This document shows positions 35,557 to 45,442 of a DNA stretch of 64,000 nt, in pieces; within the stretch, counting starts at the first letter, position 1; every line of letters begins with the position of its first letter. The notes beneath the pieces are model-generated. The model saw only the letters and a list, made by a program, of their open reading frames with translations. It did not search any database and was not told the origin of the DNA. Origin of the DNA: Minisyncoccota bacterium (GTDB lineage Bacteria > Patescibacteriota > Minisyncoccia > Phycocordibacterales > UBA918); contig JBDNIW010000005.1 in assembly GCA_041688155.1 (NCBI GenBank), forward strand, positions 1-64,000, read 5' to 3'. A program made the translations under genes and the position numbers.

Positions 35557-36325
35557 GGGTAGAGCGCAGTAGTTGCGGTGTCACTGCGCGGGTGATTCCT
35601 GCTTCGGCGGCATAGGTTCTGACCAGTCGTTGCACGAGTTTTGGGTGGAGTCGTTTAGCACCACCGTCGTTGGCTTTGCGGCCGTAGCGAACAAATAGCA
35701 TCGGCTCACTATCAACGCGCGCCTGCAGATACTGTCTGATAAAACAACTAGCCTGGGACGACACCGATACCCAATAGATACCGGCGGTATCTCTGCAGAT
35801 AGACATCGAACCGTCGAGGAGTTTAATGTCTTTGGTTGTGAGTGTGCACACATCAGCCACGCGCAGTTTAGTATTTAGAAACAAAGCCAAGAGTGCCACG
35901 TCGCGCTTTCCCTCAAGGGTAGTTTGATCTGGGACAGCTAGCAACCGGTCTTGTTCTGCCACCGTCAGAGGCTCCGTTGGCGCAGTTGGAACTCTCGCTA
36001 ATTTGATCTGGTTAGGGGTGATGGTGGTGATCCCGACACTAGCGAGATAAGTAACAAACATCCGTAACGCTGTCAGGTGATAATTCTGCGTGCGCTGCTT
36101 CATAGGCTGGCTACTGACACCGACGACCGTTCCAGACTGATGACTCAGGTACGTACAAAACGCCGTGATGTGTTCCGCGGTGATGGTGGCTGGTTTGACG
36201 CCATCAGTACATGCTATAAACCGTTCCAAATAACGATTATAATTCTCAACCGTCTTCCTACTTCTTCCCCGTTCGACTTCGAGTTGCGTGAGGAATTGCT
36301 GTTTCAGTTTGCGCAGGTCTGCCAT
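35525..36325 (-). CDS. Tyrosine-recombinase (XerC/D-like) homolog, apparently catalytically degenerate
   Basis: N-terminal core-binding domain and a box I Arg (LNTKLRVADV). The C-terminus reads RLHPKLVQRLVRTY...LLRSTPTFADEQKTT*, which lacks the HxxR His and the terminal nucleophile Tyr (normally LLGH...TTQIYTHV). Confidence 0.45.
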   Translation of the reverse strand: MADLRKLKQQFLTQLEVERGRSRKTVENYNRYLERFIACTDGVKPATITAEHITAFCTYLSHQSGTVVGVSSQPMKQRTQNYHLTALRMFVTYLASVGITTITPNQIKLARVPTAPTEPLTVAEQDRLLAVPDQTTLEGKRDVALLALFLNTKLRVADVCTLTTKDIKLLDGSMSICRDTAGIYWVSVSSQASCFIRQYLQARVDSEPMLFVRYGRKANDGGAKRLHPKLVQRLVRTYAAEAGITRAVTPQLLRSTPTFADEQKTT

Positions 36326-36401
36326 GAGAGTTTCATTATACCTACAGGAGGGTTACGCAGCGATACCTGACTGGTCGGGTAGTCGACAATGACAGGTTCC
36401 A

Positions 36402-36436
36402 CATTGTTGACTTTGCTGCAAAATATGCTAGTATGG
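36402..36436 (+). promoter_or_regulatory. Putative sigma-70 promoter of rpsO
   Basis: TTGACT, a 17-nt spacer, then TAGTAT. About 100 nt of leader follows before the rpsO ATG. Confidence 0.4.
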
Positions 36437-36537
36437 TTGCAACCTAATCCAGGTTATCGACCGCACCAATGCAGTGCCCACACTTAGTTGGGACCAACAC
36501 TTCAGGCTGCGTAACTAATGTAACAACTCTATATATG

Positions 36538-36801
36538 TTATCGAAGCGAATTAAAGAAAATGCTTTGGCAAAAGGACAGCGTCACGACGGTGACACTGGT
36601 TCAGCTGAAGCCCAAGTTTCACTACTGACCCGCAAGATTGAAGAGCTATCGCAACACCTGCGTAAGCACAAAAAAGACTTTCACTCCCGCCGCGGACTAC
36701 TACAGATGGTAGCTGACAGGCGTAAGCACCTGAAATACCTGCAGCGAAAAGATCACTCAGTGTACGAAGGTCTGATTGCGAAGCTAGGACTGAAGCGATA
36801 A
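36538..36801 (+). CDS. rpsO: 30S ribosomal protein S15
   Basis: LRKHKKDFHSRRGLLQMVADRRKHLKYLQRKD..Y..LIAKLGLKR. The track ORF starts earlier at an in-frame upstream Met; MLSKRIKE is the likely true start. Confidence 0.85.
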   Translation, partial: LSKRIKENALAKGQRHDGDTGSAEAQVSLLTRKIEELSQHLRKHKKDFHSRRGLLQMVADRRKHLKYLQRKDHSVYEGLIAKLGLKR

Positions 36802-36941
36802 TTGTGTAACACCTTCCTCCGATCTGCGGGGGAATTTGTTTTCAACTGGATGATCTATGGGTTTCGCGCTATAGTAGAGCAGAAGCGAAGGATGCATTTT
36901 TATATTAGAAGAACTCGGAGTAAATAATTAAAACAACCTAT

Positions 36942-37574
36942 ATGGGAGTAATTAGACACCCTGATCAGCGCGTGGCGGTGATCATTGATACGCAGAATTT
37001 ATATCATTCAGCCAAGAACCTGTACAAAGCCAAAGTGAATTTTGCCAACGTTGTTGCTGCCGCTGTACAAGATCGCAAAGTCATCCGTGCGATATCGTAC
37101 GTGGTGAATACCGAAAGCGGGGAAGAAGGGGCGTTTTTTGAAGCGCTCGAAAAAGTCGGCATCGAGATCAAAACCAAAGACCTGCAGATTTTCTATGGCG
37201 GCGCTAAAAAGGCCGACTGGGACGTGGGGATGGTGGTCGACGCAATCAAACTTGCCCACAAAGTGGACGCGATTATTTTTGCCACCGGTGACGGTGATTT
37301 TATCCCGGGCGTAGAATACCTCCAGCACATGGGTTGTCAGGTAGAAGCGATCACGTTTGGTCGCAGTGCCAGCTCGGCACTCAAAGCGGCCGTTGATGAC
37401 TTTATCGATCTCGACGACGATCCCCACCAGTTCCTACTTGGGTACCGCGGTGGTGGTCGTAAAAACGGTCGCAACACCAGAGCCACACCCAAACGAGCCG
37501 CCGAACGAGACGGTAAAAAATCTCCCGCTGCCCAAGTGAACAAAGTCGTCGGAACAGACACTGACGACCTGTAG
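36942..37574 (+). CDS. NYN/LabA-like (PIN-related) domain protein
   Basis: VAVIIDTQNLYHSAK...IIFATGDGDF; sits between rpsO and pnp. An intrinsic terminator follows at 37590-37632. Confidence 0.6.
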   Translation: MGVIRHPDQRVAVIIDTQNLYHSAKNLYKAKVNFANVVAAAVQDRKVIRAISYVVNTESGEEGAFFEALEKVGIEIKTKDLQIFYGGAKKADWDVGMVVDAIKLAHKVDAIIFATGDGDFIPGVEYLQHMGCQVEAITFGRSASSALKAAVDDFIDLDDDPHQFLLGYRGGGRKNGRNTRATPKRAAERDGKKSPAAQVNKVVGTDTDDL

Positions 37575-37641
37575 GCAGAATAACAACTAAGCCGTCTGGT
37601 GCCTTGGGTACCAGACGGCTTTTTTGTTATGATGTCTGCAC

Positions 37642-39768
37642 ATGCAATCTAAATTATTTGAACTGGAGTGGGGCGGCAAAACATTGGTAGCTGAGTTTTC
37701 AGATTTAACCAACCAAGCCAATGGTTCAGTACTACTCAAACTGGGCGAAACAGCCATTTTGGTGACAGCGGTAATGAGTAACCAGATGAGTGGCGCTCCA
37801 TATTTTTCTTTGTCGGTTGAGTTTGAAGAAAAATTCTATGCAGCTGGTGCAATCCTCGGTAGCCGGTTTTCGAGACGCGAAGGTCGCCCCAGTGAAGCTG
37901 CCATTCTTTCGGCGCGGGCAATCGACCGGACAATCCGTCCGTTGTTTGATCAGTCGATCCGTCACGAGATTCAGGTATGTGTCACTGTACTGGCTATCGG
38001 CGAGGACAATCCTGATGTTCTTGGTATCATCGGAGCATCGCTAGCACTCGGGGTGTCGGACATCCCTTGGCGCGGGCCAGTTGGAGCGGTGCGGATTGGG
38101 AGGCGGAAATCTGACGGGGAAATATTTGTCAACCCAACCTATACCAATCGAGCAGCTGCGGCGCTCGATTTAGAAATCCTCGTCTGTGGTCAGGACGGCT
38201 CAATCAACATGATAGAACTAGCTGGAAACGAAGCGCAAGAACCAGATATCGTAGCAATCCTCAACGCCAGCTGCTCGCTACACGCTCAGGTAGAACAGTG
38301 GCAACACAACATCATCAACGAGATCGGTGTAACCAAACAGGCAGTACTCACTCCGACGTACCCCAGTGAAATCGCTACCCTCTACGCAGCGCAATTCCAA
38401 GATCGGTTATTTGCCACGATTTTTTCTGACCAACCGGGTAAAGACCACATCCAAGCCTGCGCTAAAGAGTTTGTCACGTTAGTTACCGAAGCTGAGTTAG
38501 ACAACGCCAACGCTGCTGCTTATTTTGCTGAGCAGATTAACCAGACGCTACATAAGGGGGCGTTGCTACACAACAAGCGCGCTGACGGTCGGGCGTTTGA
38601 TGCTGTTCGCCCACTGTTTGGCAAAGCTGGGGGAATTTCTCCGGTACTGCACGGCTCGGGAATATTTTACCGGGGAGGCACCCACGTTTTTTCAGCCCTC
38701 ACGCTCGGTGGTAGAGAAGCGGCAGAGCAGTTAGATACCATTGAAACGCGCGGCACTAAAAAAACGTTCATGCACCACTACAATTTCCCGCCCTATTCGG
38801 TCGGAGAGACTGGACGCATGGGAGGATATAACCGGAGGATGATTGGTCACGGTGCCTTGGCAGAAAAAGCGCTGCTGCCAGTGTTACCAGCAGCAGCCGA
38901 TTTTCCTTACACGATTCGTATCGTGTCGGAAACCCTCGCCAGCAATGGATCAAGTTCGATGGGTTCAGTCTGTGCAGCTAGCATTGCCCTGATGGATGGA
39001 GGAGTGCCGATAGCGCGGCCGGTAGCTGGAATCGCGATTGGAGTTCTGATCAACGGTGACGAGTACCAAATCATGACTGACATCCAAGGACCAGAAGACG
39101 AGTACGGTGACATGGACCTCAAAGTGGCCGGCACCACGGTCGGCGTCACCGCCACGCAGATGGACGTGAAAGTCGCCGGGGTGTCAATCCAAATCATGGC
39201 CGAGGCGCTCGAACACGCACGGATTGCGCGCCTGCATATTTTAGAATCCATGCTGGCGGTAATCCCGCAACCAAGAGACAGTGTCTCACCACGTGCGCCG
39301 CAGATCAGCGTACTGCAGATTCTTCCCAGCCAAATCGGCTTGTTGATTGGCAGCGGTGGCAAGACTATCAACAAAATCCAAACCGATACTGGGGTGACAG
39401 ATATTAGTATTTCCGACGATGGGTCAGTGTATGTAACTGGTGTTGGTGACACCGTTGCACTAGCAGTACAACGGATACAGCAATTGACTAAAACGTATAC
39501 CATCGGTGAGGTTGTGGAGGTAACCATTATGAAACTGACTAAATTTGGAGCGTTTGCAAAACTCGATAACGTGCACGAAGGGCTGATTCGCGTATCTGAA
39601 CTAGCGCCGTACTATATAGAAAAAGCGTCAGACATCCTCAGCGAAGGGGAAGTGGTAACGGTACAAGTTAGTGAAATCCAAGACGGTAAAATTGGATTAT
39701 CCATCAAACAACATAATCCAGAATTTGCTGCAAGCAAAGGAGTGCTCGAGACAAAGGTGAAAAACTAA
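37642..39768 (+). CDS. pnp: Polynucleotide phosphorylase
   Basis: Two RNase PH domains, a KH domain and a C-terminal S1 domain; 708 aa. Classic rpsO-pnp neighbourhood. Confidence 0.9.
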   Translation: MQSKLFELEWGGKTLVAEFSDLTNQANGSVLLKLGETAILVTAVMSNQMSGAPYFSLSVEFEEKFYAAGAILGSRFSRREGRPSEAAILSARAIDRTIRPLFDQSIRHEIQVCVTVLAIGEDNPDVLGIIGASLALGVSDIPWRGPVGAVRIGRRKSDGEIFVNPTYTNRAAAALDLEILVCGQDGSINMIELAGNEAQEPDIVAILNASCSLHAQVEQWQHNIINEIGVTKQAVLTPTYPSEIATLYAAQFQDRLFATIFSDQPGKDHIQACAKEFVTLVTEAELDNANAAAYFAEQINQTLHKGALLHNKRADGRAFDAVRPLFGKAGGISPVLHGSGIFYRGGTHVFSALTLGGREAAEQLDTIETRGTKKTFMHHYNFPPYSVGETGRMGGYNRRMIGHGALAEKALLPVLPAAADFPYTIRIVSETLASNGSSSMGSVCAASIALMDGGVPIARPVAGIAIGVLINGDEYQIMTDIQGPEDEYGDMDLKVAGTTVGVTATQMDVKVAGVSIQIMAEALEHARIARLHILESMLAVIPQPRDSVSPRAPQISVLQILPSQIGLLIGSGGKTINKIQTDTGVTDISISDDGSVYVTGVGDTVALAVQRIQQLTKTYTIGEVVEVTIMKLTKFGAFAKLDNVHEGLIRVSELAPYYIEKASDILSEGEVVTVQVSEIQDGKIGLSIKQHNPEFAASKGVLETKVKN

Positions 39769-39805
39769 TCAATCCTACCACCCGACCTGTGCGATACTAG
39801 TAGTA

Positions 39806-41446
39806 ATGAGTAATGTTGTAAAAAACAAAAAAGGCATGCGCACCTTTGCGTCTGATTTCGCCCGTGCCAAAGAAACACGTACTCCAAAAAGAACGCCAGT
39901 GCCACCAGCACCCCAAAAACCTTCAGCACCTACAGTGCCTCCGGTGCCAGTGACAAAACAACCACAAACTATCCAGACGGCTCAGACTGTGACCAAGATA
40001 CCAGCTTTTCACGAACTACAAAAAACTGTCACCGACATTGATTTGTCCGGTAAAGCAGCACTCCCTGAAAAACCATCAACCCTACACACCGCAACCAATC
40101 GGGCAGTTGGTGGTGGAGCAATTATTACTGACACCCGGACGCACTCCTTTTCACTATTTCGTGAAAGTAAAAAAAATATCAGTGCCTGGTTTAAAAATAG
40201 AAAAAAGAAACCAACCCCCAGACTAGCAGTAGCAGACGCTGGTCGCCGCAAAGGTGTCATCCAACAAGCGACGACCAAAAGTGGAACTATTTTTACCGCT
40301 GATAGTGAAACCTTACGGGAGCGTATTCTGGAACGAAACCGTCAGAGTAATACCAAAAAACCAGAGACCAGCTGGTCACCTTACACTGAACCAGGCTATG
40401 ACTTGCTACCAGCTGCTACCGGACCGATTGCGCGACCCACAACTGAGAATGTGGTAGTCGAGTTCAAAAAGCGATCAGTCCCTACTCCGCCGCCTCCAGC
40501 CATCTCTGAGCCCGCGGAACCAGAATACAGTACTGAGTCACACGATGAGATTGCATCAGAGCCGATAGAGGTGACTGTGCCGGTAGAGGCCGAGATGACG
40601 GCAGAAGTTCAGGTACTACCAGTACCGATAGTAGTGCCACCTCCGGTACCAGAAGAAATCATCGAATCAGTCGAAGTGCCGGTGGAGGCAGAGGAACCAG
40701 AAGCATATGCTGAACCAATTGCCCTACCGTTAGATGTACCACAAGTGGAGCCAGAACCAGAAGAACCGGCTCCAAAAGTAGTTGTTACTAGTGATTCAGA
40801 AACTGAATTGCTGGACCGGCCGACCGTCGGCATTTCCACCAACCAGCTCACGCTCTACATTTCAGCGGGACTAGCATTGGTATTGGTAACGATATTTTTT
40901 GTCTGGTTTATTACAAACGCTCAAAACAACCAGACGACGTCCGAACCAGACCTCGCCATCAACAGCGATATCGACACAGTACGGTATCTCATTAGTGACA
41001 GTTTTTCTCCAGCGGCATTGCGCTTATACACTGGCACCCGTCAGTTCACTACTCTCGTGTTAGTCAATGAGCAAGATGAACTCCTCCCAAGCGCTCTAGT
41101 GTTTGACCGCGTTGTTCCTGACCTGCCAGTTAGTATTCGTCAGCACGTCACCGCCGTGCAGTTTATACAATACGACACATCGATACCCCAACTTGTACTC
41201 ACCATCAGTGATCCATCCTCAGTCACCGGTGCAATGTTGAGCAGTGAGCTGAACCTCGCTGAAACCCTAGCGCCACTCTACGGGAATGCACTCACTGGTC
41301 TATTCATCGACCAGACAATCAGTGGGGTTGACGTCCGCACCCTGCGAGGATCATCCTTAACGTACGGAATCATCAATGGAAATACCCTGGTGATTGCCCT
41401 TTCCCCTGAAGCATTTGCCAACACGGTAACAGCGCTGACAAACTAA
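39806..41446 (+). CDS. Proline-rich hypothetical membrane-anchored protein
   Basis: Low-complexity Pro/Thr/Glu-rich N-terminal half, one TM at about aa 345-365, and a C-terminal globular domain. Confidence 0.35.
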   Translation: MSNVVKNKKGMRTFASDFARAKETRTPKRTPVPPAPQKPSAPTVPPVPVTKQPQTIQTAQTVTKIPAFHELQKTVTDIDLSGKAALPEKPSTLHTATNRAVGGGAIITDTRTHSFSLFRESKKNISAWFKNRKKKPTPRLAVADAGRRKGVIQQATTKSGTIFTADSETLRERILERNRQSNTKKPETSWSPYTEPGYDLLPAATGPIARPTTENVVVEFKKRSVPTPPPPAISEPAEPEYSTESHDEIASEPIEVTVPVEAEMTAEVQVLPVPIVVPPPVPEEIIESVEVPVEAEEPEAYAEPIALPLDVPQVEPEPEEPAPKVVVTSDSETELLDRPTVGISTNQLTLYISAGLALVLVTIFFVWFITNAQNNQTTSEPDLAINSDIDTVRYLISDSFSPAALRLYTGTRQFTTLVLVNEQDELLPSALVFDRVVPDLPVSIRQHVTAVQFIQYDTSIPQLVLTISDPSSVTGAMLSSELNLAETLAPLYGNALTGLFIDQTISGVDVRTLRGSSLTYGIINGNTLVIALSPEAFANTVTALTN

Positions 41447-41449
41447 CCT

Positions 41450-42961
41450 ATGGAAGTTGCACGTGTCACAACCGTTCAACCACATGTCCTCTCCGGTACT
41501 ATTGTCACGATTGAAACTGACATCTCACGTGGGCTGCATTCGTTTGCAATTGTAGGACTCGCTGGTAAAGCTGTCGACGAGGCCAAGGACCGCGTTGGCA
41601 GTGCCATCAAACACACCGGTTACGAATCACCCAAAACCAAGAATCAAAAAGTCATCGTCTCACTGGCACCAGCTGACCTCAAAAAAGAAGGACCGCTGTT
41701 CGACCTCCCCATCGCCATAGCATATTTGCTGGCAGCAGGGGACATCGAGACCGACGACACCAAACGCGTGTACGTCGGAGAACTCAGTCTTGATGGCTCG
41801 CTCCGGCCCGTACGCGGGATACTCAACTGCGTGACCGCGGCTAAAGCCGCAGGGTTCATAGAGATTATCGTGCCCCAGATGAACGTCCAAGAAGCGGCGT
41901 TGATAGAAGGTATCGACATCTATGGCGCCAGCACACTGACCGAGGTGATTGACCACATCCACACTGATGAAACGAGGCCACGTTTGCCAGTCCAAGCTGC
42001 TACCATTATCACTGACACTTGGACCAATGCCTCAACTAAACTAGAGGATATCAAAGGCCAAGAAAGTGCCAAGCGCGGACTGATCATCGCCGCGGCTGGT
42101 CGACACAACGTCATGTTGGTTGGACCACCGGGCACCGGCAAAACCATGTTGGCCCGGGCGTTGCGTGGGTTGTTGCCGCCACTATCGAGAAACGCTGCAC
42201 TTGACGTCACCGCTATCCATTCAGTCTCTGGTGGTGAATATGTCATTTCAACCCAAGCGCCATTTCGGGCTCCGCATCACACGGCGTCACACACCAGTCT
42301 CGTCGGTGGTGGCGCCAACCCCAAACCAGGTGAAGTCACCCTCGCACACCACGGCGTGCTTTTTATGGACGAATTCCCTGAGTTTGAACGCCGGTCAATC
42401 GACGCGCTACGACAACCACTCGAGGATCGCGTCGTGACTATTTCTCGGGTACAAAGCACAGCAGAATTTCCCGCTGATTTTATCCTCGTAGCTGCCCTCA
42501 ACCCGTACCGGGGAAGCGAAGACGGTACCAAAGACCTCGCTGCGGCCATGCGCGACACCTATAAAAACAAAGTCTCTGGCCCCATCCTCGACCGCATCGA
42601 TTTATGGATTGAGGTACCACACGTCCCATACGATACCTTGACTGCTCTCCCGAGTAAGATTGACGAAACCAGCATCGCCCGAACCAGCATCCAGTCAGCC
42701 CGCACCATGCAACAAACTCGCTACCAAAAAGACAGCGAGTACACCAACACTAACCTCAGCGCTAGAGAAATCGAGGAACACATCATAATCAAAGACGACG
42801 TCAAAGCCCTCCTCAAACTATCAAGCGAACGGTTAAATTTATCACCCCGCAGTTATCACCGGCTAATAAAAGTCTCCCGCACAATTGCCGACCTAGACGG
42901 AGCAGCAGATATAGAAACCACCCACGTCCTGGAAGCGTTGCAGTATCGCGTGAATGTGTAA
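41450..42961 (+). CDS. comM: YifB/ComM-family Mg-chelatase-like AAA+ ATPase
   Basis: Lon-like N-terminal domain, Walker A GPPGTGKT, and ChlI-like C-terminal region. Confidence 0.8.
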   Translation: MEVARVTTVQPHVLSGTIVTIETDISRGLHSFAIVGLAGKAVDEAKDRVGSAIKHTGYESPKTKNQKVIVSLAPADLKKEGPLFDLPIAIAYLLAAGDIETDDTKRVYVGELSLDGSLRPVRGILNCVTAAKAAGFIEIIVPQMNVQEAALIEGIDIYGASTLTEVIDHIHTDETRPRLPVQAATIITDTWTNASTKLEDIKGQESAKRGLIIAAAGRHNVMLVGPPGTGKTMLARALRGLLPPLSRNAALDVTAIHSVSGGEYVISTQAPFRAPHHTASHTSLVGGGANPKPGEVTLAHHGVLFMDEFPEFERRSIDALRQPLEDRVVTISRVQSTAEFPADFILVAALNPYRGSEDGTKDLAAAMRDTYKNKVSGPILDRIDLWIEVPHVPYDTLTALPSKIDETSIARTSIQSARTMQQTRYQKDSEYTNTNLSAREIEEHIIIKDDVKALLKLSSERLNLSPRSYHRLIKVSRTIADLDGAADIETTHVLEALQYRVNV

Positions 42962-42971
42962 CCATGTATTA

Positions 42972-43715
42972 ATGGAACAAATCGCAAAAGCTCTATATGT
43001 AGGAAACCTACAACCAAAAGATATTAAGATTACCGTCAGTGATTCTAATCTTATTTTAAGCCCAGAAATTGAACAGCGGATCGGAGAAATATGGAAAGAA
43101 AAACTCGTTGAATCTAAAAACCGTGGGAAAGAAATATTCAACGGTTCTTCCTACCGAGTGAATCATTGGAAATTAATAGAAAATATTCTCTCGATACAAC
43201 TAGCTAGTTACGACTTTAAGAATCGACTGGGATTATCCGTGATGATTAGACAGGCTGAAATAAGTCCAGCTGACTACAATCACGGTGGTTGCTTTGTAGG
43301 AGCCACAGTTGTAACGGCTGATAATAAATATGTCATGGTCGAGTTGTCTGGAAAATCCATGAATAATAATACCTTCGAGATTCTAGGTGGAATGGCTGAA
43401 ACAGATATTGAAATGACCTCTGACGGTTTATACCTGTTTGATGCTCTGCACCAAGAACTGCTAGAAGAAGCGGGTATACAAAAAAGTGAAATCAGTCAAG
43501 AGTATTTACAACTTTTCTTTAGGGGGCCTAATGCAGACTACGGTTTTCATTTTCATGTGGAGACAGCTCTCACTGAGAAAGTAATGATTGAGCGTTTCAT
43601 AAATAACACTGACGTTGATATTGCAGCACTATGTTTCTTTAATAAGAAAGAGTACCTAGAAAAACTTCGAGGCGGCAGTCTAAACAAAATACTAATTGCT
43701 AGTCATCTTAAATAG
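42972..43715 (+). CDS. NUDIX-hydrolase-like protein (AT-rich gene)
   Basis: Nudix-box-like GGMAETD...LHQELLEEAGI. Confidence 0.45.
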   Translation: MEQIAKALYVGNLQPKDIKITVSDSNLILSPEIEQRIGEIWKEKLVESKNRGKEIFNGSSYRVNHWKLIENILSIQLASYDFKNRLGLSVMIRQAEISPADYNHGGCFVGATVVTADNKYVMVELSGKSMNNNTFEILGGMAETDIEMTSDGLYLFDALHQELLEEAGIQKSEISQEYLQLFFRGPNADYGFHFHVETALTEKVMIERFINNTDVDIAALCFFNKKEYLEKLRGGSLNKILIASHLK

Positions 43716-43829
43716 AGTAACCAAGGAATTCATTTAGAGTAAAATGCGCGGCGACAAATAAAAATTACTCACCCTGATAGCGAGAAACCCATTTTAGGAT
43801 GAGCTATGCGGAGTCTAAGAAAAAAGCTG

Positions 43830-43872
43830 GCGACCGGGACACATGTCCAGGGAGCCAGCTTTTTTCTGTAAC
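43830..43872. terminator. Bidirectional intrinsic terminator in a convergent intergenic region
   Basis: AAAAAAGCTGGCgaccgggacacatgtccagggaGCCAGCTTTTTT. Confidence 0.55.
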
Positions 43873-43887
43873 GACAAAGTAGATCGC

Positions 43888-44769
43888 CTAAAACGGGTTT
43901 CTCGCGCCGCGGATTTCGAAGTGTAGGTGGGTCCCAGTCGACCGTCCCGTATTACCCATCGCTCCGATCGCTTCACCTTGTGCGACATAGGCTCCAACCC
44001 CAACGTAGTTTTGTGAGAAGTGGGAGTACAACGTCTGGGTACCGTTGGCGTGTCGAATCACGATATATTGCCCGTACCCACCGTTCCAACCAGAACTTTT
44101 CGATACAATCACTTCACCAGCGGCGGCCGCCCGAATAGTTGTCCCGTGCCCAGCTGCGAAGTCAACCGCGTTATTTCCGTGGATACCTTGGGTGCGGGTT
44201 GCGCCTGGTACTGGATGGATAAACCCGGCACTCGACGCTACGGTTGAGCCAGAAATTTTGACTGGTTTGGCAGTTGCGGCTCGAGCTTGGACTGACTGTA
44301 CAGTGCCACCAGGGATAATTAGTGTATCTCCAACACTGATATCACCCGCGTCTACTAGCTGGTTGAACGACAGTATCTCGTCAGCATCGCCGTCGTACTT
44401 GCTAGCAATCGAAGAAATCGTATCACCTGAAGCAACTCTGTGTTGTACCCCAGCTACTGGCAGGATAACTAGTACATCGTCAGGCTGGATTTGGGTTGCG
44501 CGAGGGAGGTCGTTGGCCCACAAAATGGTGTTGGTAGTCACACCAAACATCTCGGCTACCCGCGAGAGGGAATCACCTTCACGCACGGTGTACACGCGGA
44601 TCTCGCTGGTACCAGCTGGGGCTACATCGTTGGACCCAATGAACCCTGATGCAAGTAGCGCACTGTCTTGGACGACAATGTCACCACCCCCTTGGGCGAC
44701 GTCAGTCACCGGACTAAGACTAGCCGACAGTAGTGGCATATCAACTGCGTGGATACTGACCCCAAGCAC
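43888..44769 (-). CDS. M23-family peptidase with two LysM domains
   Basis: C-terminal HxH (GTHLHFEIR) and GAxGxxV motifs of M23. Two LysM repeats (DTLxxIA, GDSLS). Confidence 0.7.
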   Translation of the reverse strand: MLGVSIHAVDMPLLSASLSPVTDVAQGGGDIVVQDSALLASGFIGSNDVAPAGTSEIRVYTVREGDSLSRVAEMFGVTTNTILWANDLPRATQIQPDDVLVILPVAGVQHRVASGDTISSIASKYDGDADEILSFNQLVDAGDISVGDTLIIPGGTVQSVQARAATAKPVKISGSTVASSAGFIHPVPGATRTQGIHGNNAVDFAAGHGTTIRAAAAGEVIVSKSSGWNGGYGQYIVIRHANGTQTLYSHFSQNYVGVGAYVAQGEAIGAMGNTGRSTGTHLHFEIRGARNPF

Positions 44770-45126
44770 GACTCGTGCGGGCGTATTAGTGTCTGGAAAG
44801 AGCGAGCCAAAAAACGCGTGGCCCGCGAGCGGAATCGCAACTAGTGCTGCTACTCCTATGTATGTATATGGTAATCGATGGGCAAATGGTCTACCCGGTT
44901 CATCGATCTCTGATGGTGTGTATTTTATAAGCAGTTGGTTTGGTCGCGCCGCAGTTCAGTCGTTACAGTCGTGCTAGAAGGTGCGATACAGGTGTATCTT
45001 GAGTACCGTTTTAGGTATGGGCAATATTGTACTAGAGCAACTCGATAGAGCAATTGACGTTCTACCCAGGTTTGGTGCTATGACGTGACGTCATTTTTGG
45101 GTTGCAAAACAAGGCTGTTTTGATGT

Positions 45127-45155
45127 TGACACTTTATAAAATTGTGATATATTTA
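45127..45155 (+). promoter_or_regulatory. Putative sigma-70 promoter upstream of the ABC exporter leader
   Basis: TTGACA, a 16-nt spacer, then TATATT, in an AT-rich tract. Confidence 0.35.
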
Positions 45156-45442
45156 TTTTATGCGACTTATTGCACACATTTTAAAGACAACAGCAGCGGC
45201 ACAGCCGTGGGTGATTTGCGACTCACGATACACCGCGCACATCCCAGTATGTACTGGGTCTATGGTGCTGTCTTTATTTGGTAGGCAATATGGTTTGAAT
45301 ATATAACTCTTTCTCCAACTGTAACGGGGAAATCCGTTGTGTCATCAAAGCATCTTGTCTCCTACAGACAAGATGCTTTGTTCTTTGGCGGCCACCTGAG
45401 GTGGATGCGTCTGATCTTTAACATAAACAAACCGGAGGGGCA

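Noticed and set aside
44045-44977. 310-aa plus-strand ORF rich in Ala, Pro, Thr and Ser.
   Set aside because: It is entirely antisense to the M23/LysM peptidase gene, which has clear motifs. Its low-complexity composition is typical of antisense frames in GC-rich coding DNA.
45339-45442. A 5' extension of the ABC exporter ORF (MSSKHLVSYRQ...).
   Set aside because: The extension passes through a perfect 15-bp hairpin and lacks an RBS. The downstream ATG at 45443 has a GGAGG RBS and begins the first TM.
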